The notes beneath the pieces are model-generated. The model was not told the origin of the DNA. It did no database searches and saw only the letters and a program-made list of their open reading frames with translations. A program made the translations under genes and the position numbers. This document shows positions 37,901-49,400 of a stretch of 64,000 nucleotides of DNA, in pieces; position 1 is the first letter of the stretch; every line of letters begins with the position of its first letter. The DNA is taken from contig NC_092680.1 of NCBI RefSeq assembly GCF_964355755.1, forward strand, positions 5,704,001 to 5,768,000, in the 5' to 3' direction. Source of the DNA: Antedon mediterranea. Taxonomy: Eukaryota; Animalia; Echinodermata.

Positions 37901-39150
37901 TACCCAAAACTTAACCAAATTTTGGCAGCTGCTTAAAGCTCCGTCTATCAAACTAGCTTAACAAAAAAAAGTGTGATGTTCTCAAATAGGGTAGTGATAT
38001 GCTTAAACATGGTAGTGATATGACATCATCATGTCCATGTATGGGCACGTATCACATGTTGTTGTCACATAAAGTTTGATAGTGTAGACAGAGCTTAAGA
38101 GAACTTCCATACCAAACTTACTGTAGTATTGCATTAATATTAAGTCTTATACATTTATTTCTTTTTAAACAAAACACCATGACAAATAATAAAATACTAT
38201 ACTTGTTGTTGATGTATCTCTGCAAGTAAACTAGCCGATTCAAACTTGACCTCTTCAAATGCTGGTATCTGAGATTTTATTTTAAGGTAAACAAATCTAC
38301 CAATATCTTGATTAAACCATTATTAAAAATTGAATTGAAAATCTATACAAGGTTCTACACAGTAAGATGGTAAATAAAATCGCATTATGTAATAGTTCAT
38401 ACTTTCAAAGTACATCCGAATGGTAATAGCCAAATGGGTAAAATCAGCTTTGCATAGAGTTAGTAATTAAAAATTGAATTGATTGGCCTATTAATATTTT
38501 GTATATAATTAATACAAATAATTATTCATCCGTGACGCATATAAATTATATAAATCACCACTACATACAGTACATGCCTTATTTATGTCTAGTAAATTGA
38601 CTTTGTAGTAGCTACAGGCCGCTCTTTTTGTATACTACTATCTAATGGCAATGCACTAACTGCTGTTGTGGAAAAATACAAAACACTGCACCGTGCATGT
38701 GTGTAAACCAAACCTAACACACATACACAAAAACAGGGTTGAGAGGTCAACTTGCGTTATGAAAAGGATACCGTCTGAGCAATCATCCACTGCAAAGAAA
38801 TTTAAAATAAAATTTAATTGCCATTTAATTTATTTACAATATCTAAAATAATGTTTGCATTTTAATTTATAGGTCAATGCGCTAACCGTACAAATGTAGA
38901 AAATAATACTCACTGCTCGTTCTAAATGCGTGCGGGCCAAATCGATGTTTTTGGTGTGAGCGAACAATAAACTTCCGAGTTGCAGACCCGTCCTGGCTTC
39001 AATTGCGTGAGGAGGTTTAAATTGAAATATCGACTGTAAACAATGAATACAATGTTTGATTTTTGGTGGGCTAGCAGTCCTAAATGATTCCGCTATACCG
39101 AGTAGAGAGAGGTACCAAGATTCAGTTTGAACCACTGGTACAGACGCCAT
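19981..39150 (-). CDS. MAU2: MAU2 / SCC4 cohesin loader subunit, complete 16-exon CDS (~595 aa)
   Basis: Exons spliced by hand with GT-AG ends and consistent phases: 39150-38914 ([25 protein letters not shown]...HLERA), 38789-38772 (WMIAQT), 38268-38203 ([15 protein letters not shown]...), 37381-37286 (...[11 protein letters not shown]), 36467-36345, 32273-32118, 31654-31579, 31069-30996 ([14 protein letters not shown]), 29133-28939 ([20 protein letters not shown]), 24358-24215, 23539-23459, 23077-22953, 22601-22490 ([27 protein letters not shown]), 21408-21318 ([15 protein letters not shown]), 20797-20670, 20046-19981 (WVDGPLPP...SLL*). The peptide is colinear with human MAU2 as I recall it. 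Confidence 0.96.
22102..22453. mobile_element. Harbinger-type MITE with ~100-bp imperfect TIRs
   Basis: CCATTTACACTAGG...CCTAGTGTAAATGG termini, plus inner TAGAACTATAGGATAATC / GATTATCCTATAGTTCTA. Confidence 0.75.
23879..24110 (+). mobile_element. tRNA-derived SINE with Deu/Meta-like central domain
   Basis: A-box-like TGGCCGAACGGTTAAG, followed by GGACTATAAACC.TAGGTC...TTAAAGAACCCAG...GAGTAGGGGCTAACCCGGTG. A truncated relative lies at ~30720-30790. Confidence 0.6.
25292..26760 (-). pseudogene. Same XPG-like protein, left arm, longer but frameshifted
   Basis: ORF pieces 25292-25942 and 26188-26532, plus upstream [27 protein letters not shown]. Near-identical to the right-arm ORF, with several frameshifts and a stop. 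Confidence 0.78.
27021..27794 (+). pseudogene. XPG/FEN1-like (PIN + H3TH) nuclease domain of the transposon, right arm
   Basis: [61 protein letters not shown]. 5'-truncated, with a frameshift near 27020. Confidence 0.8.
29341..30648. mobile_element. Tc1/pogo(Tigger)-type non-autonomous element
   Basis: TA|CAGTCAACTCTCCCAATACCGGAC...GTCCGGTATTGGGAGAGTTGACTG|TA, with subterminal TCCGGTTT repeats. Confidence 0.9.
32423..36286 (-). mobile_element. Near full-length RTE-like non-LTR retrotransposon (APE endonuclease + reverse transcriptase)
   Basis: One ORF in three frames (35882-34020, 34012-33497, ~33500-32611). APE motifs NVN, QE, AYSPT, GDFN, SDH. RT motifs [23 protein letters not shown] (~33420-33431), FRYLG, LTYG..W, WIGHVIR, RRGR. 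About 400-nt 5' UTR. 3' tail (ACCAGT)3 at 32423-32440. Confidence 0.92.
32611..35882 (-). pseudogene. LINE ORF (APE-RT), ~1090 codons with two frameshifts
   Basis: Frameshifts at the A10 run (34034-34043) and at ~33510. No other in-frame stops seen. Confidence 0.88.
37564..37779. mobile_element. Hairpin-like MITE
   Basis: ACCAAGGCAATCTAACAGGA / TCCTGTAGATTGCCTTGGT termini, with an inner inverted pair GGCTGCGACA / TGTCGCAGCC. Confidence 0.65.
38269..38771 (-). other. U12-type (minor spliceosome) GT-AG intron in MAU2
   Basis: The 5' splice site GTATCCTTTT matches the U12 consensus RTATCCTT. The 3' end TTTACCTTAAAATAAAATCTCAG has a CCTTAA branch-like motif about 11 nt from the AG and no polypyrimidine tract. 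Confidence 0.85.
38772..38789 (-). CDS. MAU2: 18-nt microexon of MAU2 (WMIAQT)
   Basis: tttctttgcag|TGGATGATTGCTCAGACG|gtatcctttt. It fills exactly the WLISQQ-equivalent gap between exons 1 and 3, phase 0/0. Confidence 0.9.
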
Positions 39151-40354
39151 CTTGGGCAAATTCTTCGCGCTGGGGTTTGCTGTCCTTGTTCCTGAAATGA
39201 AACAGAAATGAAACAGCGCCCCCTCATCATTATGATGAAATTTATTTCCTTAATTATCATAATTTCCTATCAATAAATCCACGCAGCTTACGGATACTTC
39301 ACTAAGGGAACTTTGCCCAGTGTAAAGAACATAGTTTAGAGTTGAATAAACTTTTCTTCTTTTCTTCTCTTATTTATTATTCAGCAGGTACAAACTATAA
39401 CATTATTATATAAATAAATAATTACACTTGCACTGGAATGTGCATGATAGGATTTCTTTCTGTTTATCGTTTTGATTTAGCTTTTTGTTTTATTTGTATT
39501 TCCATTGAGATCCAGCAACTGATTTGTTTTTTCAGTATTTTAATTGCCTTTAATCTCATAATTACATAAATATTTTAAAAATACAATAGTAAATAAAAGT
39601 AAATTGACTTTTACAATTTTTAAAAAAAATAAAGAATTTAAATTAATCAAACGAAAACAAAATTAAAACTTCTCTGAATTTAATAATTTTAAATGTTAGT
39701 AAATTACAAATAGTGTATTATTTGCTGAAATTATAGGCTCTTGATAATATTTGTGGAATTTCGGGGCAAACAGTGCGTCTAAAGTACCGTATGCCAGTGC
39801 TCTAACATGAATTATAATAATATTATCTCTTGTGCAATCTTAATATTTATATTATCTTTTTTCTGTTAGGGGGCCTATCTATATTGTAATAAAAACGGTT
39901 TAAACTTAAATCCTTGTCTCGTAATATTTTTTTACCGTAAAATAAAAACTAAAAATTATATATAATAATACAAAATAAATATAACTAAGTAATAAAACAA
40001 TAATAAATGATTAACACAATAAATAATAGTATTAATTGTCAGAATGCTTTATATGTTACAACACGGGATTACACAATCAGATAAAAGGAAACCTGTTTTG
40101 CATTGAGGCCCTGTCTTTAATACAAAAAAATTAGGGAAAAATAAGATCGATATCTAGCTTTGAATGAAGGATAAACTAATGACATATGCGAATGTATGAT
40201 ATAAATGTGTTTGTAAATGGATACAGAGGTAGGCTAGTTGTGTCTTGGATGGTGTGAACATTGTAAATGTATAAGACTGGCACTGAGCTTAAGACAATTT
40301 TTAAAATAGAGCTCGGAAATTGTACTTATACTTTGAAATATGAAACAAAATATA

Positions 40355-41566
40355 CCAGCCCTACCATAGTAAGTGTCGCCAAAGTGCGAGCCAGCGAGGC
40401 ATGCAATGCATGGAATTAATGCGGCCCATGATGGTAATTCAACAGAATGAAATTATAAAATACAAACAGCGCGAGTCACACACTAAAGAATAATTACTAA
40501 TTTTAATATTTGTATAATTAAATACAGTAAGTATAATAAGTATAATAATCAATAATTATTATATTAATTATGGTAGGCCTAATTACAATTTCAACTATCA
40601 ATGTGACTTAAAAGTTTTAGGTGGGGTTTTCTCTAATTAAAAAACTCGGCTTCATGCCCTAATGCCGCGCCTAGCGATGGCGGATTAGTCCAACTTCAAA
40701 GATGGTCTAAGACGTCGCCATCTTTACAAATAAGTTCTACTTTGTTCCTAATAACGCGGGTGTTCTTAAAATCGAGGGCGCTAAAAAAAATGTATGAGAT
40801 CGAATACGTGGCGCAAGCCACAGAAAAAAAGAGATGTTATTGTGTGCTCTCCCTGCCTCAGCACTAAGGCCCTGCCACATCCTTTGGGGTCGTTTCCACG
40901 ACATCAGATGCATTAATTTTGATAAAAGGAGAACCCCAAACACAGTAGCTCGCATAGCTTTAACTTTATTCCACACGAAACGTTCCGATCAGCGTAGGAC
41001 TCGGACCTACGGCATGCGTGTTATTAACACGATGCTCAGTAGACTGAATACATACATATTTACAGTAATCTCTCTATCTATTGTAGTCTTTTGACACCCG
41101 CAGCAGATTCTGTCACATAAAAAATGCCAAAATTACTGGCCTACTCAAATTTAAGAAATATATTTAGAGGGTTACGTTAATTTAGAAAATAATATGCAAG
41201 CTATCTTTGCGATTCCCTTCGTCATAACAGCATAGTCAACTATCATGATGCATCTATTTACAGTAATCGTTATCGACCATAAAAATGCACAATTAGCCTC
41301 AAATGGTAGAGGAAAAAATCAAAGTAGGTTAAATGGAAGCTTCATATTACGTCATTCTAGTCGTTACGTCATAAATAATATGCAGTTATAGGCCTATTAA
41401 GCTATAGCTATAAACAAGATTACCGGTTAGCTCAGTCGCCTGATTCATTATTGTTTGTTTGCTTTTTGTATTATAATATTATTGTTCTGTTTTAATATCA
41501 TCATCATGGACCGCATGAATTGCATGCCTCGCTGGCTTGCACCTTGGCAACACTCTGCCATGGCTG
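40355..41566. mobile_element. Non-autonomous TIR element (~75-bp imperfect TIRs)
   Basis: AGTGTCGCCAAAGTGCGAGCCAGCGAGGCATGCAAT (~40372-40407) is inverted at ~41518-41552. Confidence 0.65.
40987..41050 (-). pseudogene. Decayed tRNA-Ile(AAT)-like sequence
   Basis: Minus strand GAGCATCGTG-TTAATAA-CACG...CGTAGGTCCGAGTCCTACG keeps the anticodon and T arms. Acceptor and D arms are lost and the B box is mutated. Confidence 0.4.
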
Positions 41567-43489
41567 GGTCTGAGCTGCTGAGAACAGTTTTTAAAATAGA
41601 GCTGCTACGGTCCTCATAAATTGAACTTATAGGCCTACATTGAAAATGTCAGGGAAGTCTTGGCACTCCCCGCACATCTCCCAGCCTCCCTGGAAGAAAG
41701 ATTGAATGTAAAAAAAAGTAAAAAAGAAAAGATGTTGCAGTGATGATCTAAAAGAATTTAAAGCATAAATGAATTAACACTCTGCTTAAGTCTCTTCGCC
41801 TCCCACCGAGAAAAACACGTGTCACACTCTTTGTTGCATTTATTTCAACACCATTTAATTTAACTACTTTCATTTGTGTTTTGGCAAGCGTGTTGGTTCT
41901 AATTGGGGTGATAAATTTTGTGTAACGATTGCTTCATGGTTTCTGTGACGACTTTGTGACATTTCAGTACAATCACTTTCGGATTTCAGTCACCGTAGGC
42001 TACTGATAGGGCCTACTCTCTAAAGTTTCAATGCATAATTATGGAAGGCAGAGATATCCACACCTTATTCAAACCCCATGTGGGCCTACAAAATACCGCG
42101 ACGACACTTTGGGCAAACTTCGTCGAGTTACACCCATGAAAACCATGGCAACAGAAAATTAAATAGCCGCCTGCAGTTCGGCCTATATTATTTAGTTCGT
42201 AAAGACAGTAATCGAAATATCTAAATATATATTAATCATTTAAATATTAATTGAAAAAAAATCGAAACAATAATCTATTAGAATTCCATATTCATTCACA
42301 GAAAGATTCAACTTTTAAGTTAAAAACCTAAATATGTAATTATTTTATGCCGTATAATTTTCATAACAATCTATCAGATTTTCAAATGTTGCAATTTTTA
42401 AATAGCTCTTTTCCCCCTTTTCAAAACTCCAATCGTTTAATGTCAGTCGCTACCGTATACGTTCTTATAAACCTACACTAAACCTCTGAGTAGGCCTATG
42501 CTAATTTTTTTTTTTAATTTGACATTTATTTATTTTAATTAACATAGGCCAGGATAACATGATAGTGTTATAAACTTCTTTACAATATCTTTCTGTTTGT
42601 ATTAAAAAAAGAAACATCACAGAGAGACGCTAAACGTCTCACAAAAATCTCCTTTCATCCATGTTGATATTAATTAAAGGTATTTTTTTTAAAGGTATGC
42701 CCAATTTTGATCACTATCATCCCTATATCCAGAAAAATAGAATTACTTATAAATACCTAACGATAAAGACGTTTTAATAGTACTGTAGGCCTATATAACT
42801 TATAATCATAACAACAACATCTTTTAAAAGAATGTACATTTGAGAGCAGGAGGTGTGAAAATAAAACATTTCCGTCCATACCCCTGCATCTCAAAATGGT
42901 TTGACTCATGCAAAATGTCTTTTCTTCATAACGGACAGAACCGTTCCTTTCTCCTCACAAAACCAGTGACTTTCAGGCCCAATAATAAATAGTAACATTT
43001 CTAAACGATAATTTATATTGCATTGCACTTGAAAGAAAAGACTATGTATCTTTGTTGTGGTTTTTCCAGATTTTTTATATTTAGGCCTATAGGCCTATTA
43101 TGTAAATGGATATAACTGTTTTAGTTATAGTTAATTTAATTGCATCTAGCATTCTATAGGCCTAATTCGACTTGCTTTCTTTTGCTATTTTATAGAGATT
43201 TATCTTCACAGCATGAGACTAACCAAGATTAACCTTAGCAATATGTTATTGAATACTTATATACTATATCATAATACTTTAATTTTCTAAAATGATACAA
43301 CCTTTGGTTAGCAAATGTCGTTTAATTATTAAATTACATTCATGACTACTTTTTCTTTTCATTCTACTTTTAAAATCAACACAATCACAAGTTCCGTCCC
43401 ATAGTAAAAAAAACATAGTGAAACTGCATTAGTATGTAGTACTGACGTAGTGCGTCGTTGGAATGCAGGCGCAATGCAATGTGGGAAAA

Positions 43490-43562
43490 CTGTTCCCTAA
43501 TTAGTTATTGTTCCCTAATTAGTTATTGTTCCCTAATTAGTTATTGTTCCTAATTAGTTATT
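43490..43562. repeat. Short tandem repeat (TTGTTCCCTAATTAGTTA) x4
   Basis: Four direct copies. Confidence 0.85.
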
Positions 43563-45168
43563 TTCTTGTCATTCTGTTCTTGTGTTTGTATGGAATTAGT
43601 ATTTTGTTGTAATTCGTGCATTTCTATGACCCGGATTTTGTCAATTTGTATTTTTTTTTGTATCGAATTAAACTTGAAATGAAAATGATATGCATAATAA
43701 CATTATGGAAACTTTACTTACGGTAACCTAAAAGTTAATGTACTGGCCAATATCATAACTTATTCATCCCTAATTCATTTATTTATTTTACACTATCATT
43801 ATTTTCTAAATTAAATTGCTATTTCTTTAATTGTTCAAAAATTATATATTTCTGTCATCTTAAGCTCTATCTACACTCTCAAACTTTATGTATAAACAAA
43901 GATGTGATGTCAAACTAGTTAGTGATAGCGTAGTATAGACAAAGCTTTACTGATACGTTTTTGTTTTTTTTTTTTGGCATTAGGCCTATAGATTGTTCAC
44001 TATGGTACTTACACTGTTTGTTTTGGTTCGGTTAGTTTGGTTAGATTTCAATATTTTACTCTATTTAAAGTGTGACCAGACCCTTATTCGCGAAAAAACA
44101 CTGTAAAATAAATATCTATTTAGAAAAATTACAAAAATGTTTTAGGTCGGTTGATTTTAAGCCTATGCTAGCATAATTCGTTACCTAAATAGACATGTTT
44201 ATCTTCATTATTACACGCGTGTTGAACTATAACTTTTGAATGCCATTCGACATGCGTATTTTTTTATGTCTTAAGTTGACACTTATCGTACTTAGCAATA
44301 TTTATTTTTAAATCGCTTTTATTATAACAGCGTCGCACATCTCAATAGATGATGCATCATCCTTAAACAAACATTATATCACACAAAATGTTAGAACTAA
44401 CTGAGTCTGCTTCTCCAGGTAGTGAAGAATAGGCCTACACAGTCAAACCTTATAGCTGTTTGTGACTGTAGGCCTACTTTAAATAGTCCTGGTTTTAGCG
44501 CGCCCTCATCAGAGAACCTCATTGAAGAGAACGTCTCTGTGCTGGCTGAATCAATAAATTAGTTGTGCTAATAGTTTTGTCGGTGTGGCTCCGATTGCAT
44601 CAGACATGTGTTTTGTTTTTGTCGACTACGGGGACACATATGAACCACTGTGTGACGCTACTCAAAATAAAATATAGCGAGAGTAATAATTGTTTTGCGT
44701 GTCTTCTGACAAAGTTAAAAAGTATTGTATCGTATTGTTTGCCCACCAAAAAGCTGAAAAAATGAATAATAAAATCAGACATTAAATACGCAAATTTTGA
44801 AATTTTAATTGAATTCATTTTCGTAAAAAAACCTAACAAAATTAATGATCTCACCATAGAGGAAATATACAGTATTTCCTCCATGATCTCACGGACCAAA
44901 TAAACGATTAAACTTTACCAAAAGGTCATGTGTCTGACAGGAACAAAAAAAAAATGTTTTAATTATTTTTGACTATTTAATAGGGTAACAATATATGTTT
45001 AATCAATTACTATAATATTTTTTCTTACTTAAGTTTTGAACTGTACGTTTTCTCTCTGATCTATGAGTCGGTCACATTTCATTCAGTGGTTCTTACGTAT
45101 ACTTTAAATTGCATGGAGGTGAATATAATTATATAATATATATATATAATTGAATCGGTTGACGTGTG

Positions 45169-46239
45169 GGGTCAGTCTAATTACCGAAAACAACCGAAAA
45201 TAACCGAAAACAACCGAAAACAACCATAAACAACCGAAAACAACCGTAAACAACCGAAAACAAACCGAAAACAAACCGAAAACAAAATTTAAAAAATCTA
45301 AATACCGAAAACAAATTTTGTATAATATTTTTTTTAATGTCGCCCTCTATTGATGGGTGTTTCTAAAGCTAAGACCATACACAGAGGCGCAAAAATCATG
45401 GAAGACCCTACGAAATGGTAGTGTGCACAAAATACAACTAAAAATCGTACAAATTCAATGAAATACACCGTAGACTACATTTACTTACAAAATCTATAAA
45501 CACATTTCGTTTTTAGTCTTTTCAAAAACAAAGCATGATTTTACCTAACTTTGCGTTTTCGTCCCCGGTTTCGTCACTTAAGTGAATACTGAAGCGATTA
45601 AGGATAAAAACGTTATTTACTCGACTACAGTAATTTTACTGAATAGATTTTATTGTGAATCCTTTATAGTGAGCTTCTTTTAAGTATACTTTATAGTCCC
45701 TAGTATCTTTGTATAATTTATCTTTGAAAATCTATAATTAAATTGATCATGATTAACCATAGTCAATTTACTTTCTATACTATGGATTAACATATTCATA
45801 ATTATTGTAAGGAGTAGGGCCTAATGCGCTGGTTTCTGGATCAAAAATCGAAAGACTAAAATTAAAATATTTTTATAGATTCTGTAAGTAAATGCGATGT
45901 TATCAATTGATTGATTGTACGATTTTTAGTTGTATTTTGTGCACACTGTCATCGTAGGGTCTTCCTTGGCTTTTGCGCGCGCGGTTTTTTGTCTCTGTTA
46001 TGGTCTTAGTAGATTTAGAAACACCCATCAATAGAGGGCGACATTTAAAAAATATTATACAAATTTGTTTTCGGTATTTAGATTATTTTATGTTGTTTTC
46101 GGTTTGTTTTCGGTTCGTTTTCGGTTGTTTATGGTTGTTTTTGGTTGTTTATGGTTGTTTTCGGTTGTTTGTGGTTGTTTTCGGTTGTTTATGGTTGTTT
46201 TCGGTTATTTTCGGTTGTTTTCGGTAATTAGACTGACCG
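45169..46239. mobile_element. Non-autonomous foldback-like DNA element with ~350-bp TIRs and 8-bp TSD
   Basis: GGTCAGTCTAATTACCGAAAA...TTTTCGGTAATTAGACTGACC. TIRs contain (AACCGAAAAC)n arrays. GACGTGTG is duplicated at 45161-68 and 46240-47. Confidence 0.85.
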
Positions 46240-46473
46240 GACGTGTGGGTCTTCGTAGTTGACTCTCTAGCTTGCTAATTGTTTTGGATTTGATTAACAA
46301 AAGAATTTAAAGTATTCAAAAACAAATTTTAGTCTAATAATTGTTCATATTTCTTTATTTTTACTTTATTAAGTGTAAAATAAGTTTCTTTATACTGTAT
46401 GTTGCATTTACTTACAAAAACTAGACCCAAATGAGTATCTATCTTGCTATAAAAAATAACAATTTTCCGAAAT

Positions 46474-49400
46474 ATGGCTGACAAAGTAGCTGATAGCGTG
46501 GCAGAGCTGGACATTAAAGACGTGAAAAAGGCACGATAACTATTGACATTTTCAGTATTAATTTTATTTCTATGTCTTCTTTACTTTTTAGAAGTATTTT
46601 GAGAATACAACGTCAAATTTGTGTCAGGAACTCTAGCAATATGAGCATCGAACCGGTTAGTTAGTCTCAACACACCCTCTCTCTAGCCTTATTTGATTCA
46701 AGGCTGCAACACATGGCTGATTACGTGTGTATTTCGATTGCTGTGCGTGGCAGTCTGAGATTATTTAGGCCCTAGGCTAGGCCTAGGTTTTTCATTATTG
46801 TTTAGTGGCATTTTAGCTAATTATTATTCATTGTTTCCATAACCAAAATTACATTTTTAGATTACCTATCATGCACTGAGAATTTGATAAATTTTTTGCT
46901 GGAGAGAATAAGATGATGTAATAACTATGTAATGTGTACTGTACTGTGTGTGTGTGTTGCACTGTGTTTGTTTGGGTTCAGGTGTGAAATTGCATTAGAA
47001 TTTAGCATATTATAGGCCTAAACTTGACCATGACCGACCATGTTGACCTTACTTTATACTTTCAATTTACAGAATACCCTCACTCACTGGGTGTGTACAT
47101 GTTGCGTTGCGTGGAGATTACAACTTCTTTTTAAAAATATTGTTAGATTCTACTCAGTGACGACCACACATGTTTGTTTTGTATTATTAGGCAATTTTTG
47201 TGAAGTCGTTTTTTAAAATGTTTTTTTTAAACAGGCAGGTGATGAGGGTACAAAGCAAAAGAAACAAAAGTCAAAAGGAAAAAGTGTAGAGGCTGTTGAG
47301 GTTAGTTTACACATTTGTGGATGATGCGTTCTCACATTTGTGGTTGATGCGTTCTCACAATTGTGGATGATGCGTTCTCACATTTGTGGTTGTTTACACA
47401 TTTGTGGTTGTTTACACATTTGTGGTTGTTTACACATTTGTGGTTGTTTACACATTTGTGGTTGTTTACACATTTGTGGTTGTTTACACATTTGTGGTTG
47501 CTTACACATTTGTGGTTGCTTACACATTTGTGGTTGTTTACACATTTGTGGTTGTTTACACATTTGTGGTTGTTTACACATTTGTGGTTGTTTACACATT
47601 TGTGGTTGTTTACACATTTGTGGTTGTTTACACATTTGTGGTTGTTTACACATTTGTGGTTGTTTACACATTTGTGGTTGTTTACACATTGTGGTTGTTT
47701 ACACATTTGTGGTTGTTTACACATTTGTGGTTGTTTACACATTTGTGGTTGTTTACACATTTGTGGTTATTTACACATTTGTGGTTGTTACACATTTGTG
47801 GTTGTTTGCACATTTGTGGTTGTTTACACATTTGTGGATGATGCATTTTCACATTTGTGGATGATGCATTTTCACATTTGCGGGTGATGCATTTTCCACA
47901 TTTCTGGTGGATACTTTTTCATATTTGAGGTTGTTTTCACATTTTACCTAGGTATAATAAATAAAATATAATTTATTATTATTATTTATTATTTTAAATA
48001 ATAATACAATTTATTCTTATCATATGTATTTGTTTTTTCAGTTAAACCCATGGCCAGAATATATCCAAACTCGAATTGATTTGTTTGACAAATTAAAAGC
48101 TAAATATGTGGAAGAACTAGCAGGTATTGATTTTTTATTCATTATTTAAAAATCTAAATGTCAACGTTTCATAACTGTAAAATTTTCGGCAAAATACTCC
48201 ATTGATCAGATCCAATAGAAATGTATGTCATTATTTAAGATATATTCTGTATTGTTCCCCTGAAAAACATTTTTTTTTAATATGGCATTTTAATGTCACA
48301 TATTAGTTAATCACTTTGACCAAAAATTACTGATTTAACGCAAAAAGTAGTCAAATTGACTGGATGTCAATGGTTTATGAGACAATACATCTTTAAAAAA
48401 TCAGAGACAAATTGTAATAGACTATATACTTATTGGATAACATTATGGCTTGGCACACACAGGATAATCTAAAAAAGAGCTAAACTCCATAACAAGACAA
48501 ATAATATCTAGAAAGTTGTTAATATATGTTTAGTGAGCTCATAATTTATAATTATGTTATTCAAATGTATTTGTATATTATTATATCATTTTTGTTTTTC
48601 CAGCTAAAGAGCCAACACCTATAAAAGTGACACTTCCAGATGGGAACGTTGTTGATGGCCAATCCTGGAGAACCACTCCATATGATGTTGCTATGGGTAT
48701 AAGGTAAACTATGGCTACAGTCAAACATTCAAGAATAGGACACTCTGGATTGGCTTGTTTAAAAGAAAGTTTAGTTTTTTTAGAAACAAAATGAAAAGCA
48801 CTGTTTTGAATGGTTTATACATACATGTTAATCGTGTTACTGCCATATTTGTCAGAAATTTATTAATACAAGCCTCACTCCACTAATTCCTGATTTACAC
48901 AACACAAATGTCACATGGGTTATTTATGTTACAATGATGACATCTTTACAGGCTTCACTGAGACTTGTAAAATCACTGACTTGTTCCGTGATTTCATCAA
49001 TTTAACATGGAAATGCTTTCACACATAAAAATGAAGAAAGTAACAGCTTGATTTAAAAGTTTTTATGTCTGAATCAGATATTAGCTAATAATATTGATCA
49101 ACCAATCATGAGAATGTATTACATTGCTACTACACTGCTTAGTGAGTTGGTAAATAGTAGACTTACCACATGTGTATATTAATCCAGGTTCACAGTATTA
49201 AACAAAGACACTATATTTTACTTTTCAGCAAAGGCCTTGCAGATAATGCAGTAATTTCTAAAGTCAACGGAATCCTATGGGATTTAGATCGCCCTTTAGA
49301 GGGTGACTGTAGCATCCAGCTTTTAAAGTTTGACAACGACGAGGCTCAAGCTGTGTTCTGGCACTCTAGTGCTCATATTCTTGGCGAGGCTATGGAACGC

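Noticed and set aside
39210-39228. CAGCGCCCCCT CTCF-like core upstream of MAU2
   Set aside because: Partial match only. Similar CGCCCTC strings occur in nearby repeats.
45973-46262. Hydrophobic F/V/G/C ORFs
   Set aside because: They derive from the 10-bp repeats in the right TIR of the foldback element.
47332-47887. Long repetitive ORFs (HICGCL)n, (MCKQPQ)n and similar
   Set aside because: Translations of an 18-bp intronic minisatellite that is open in several frames.
48930-48985. Second C/D-like motif set in TARS intron 4
   Set aside because: Too short (~50 nt), with a weak stem and no C' box.
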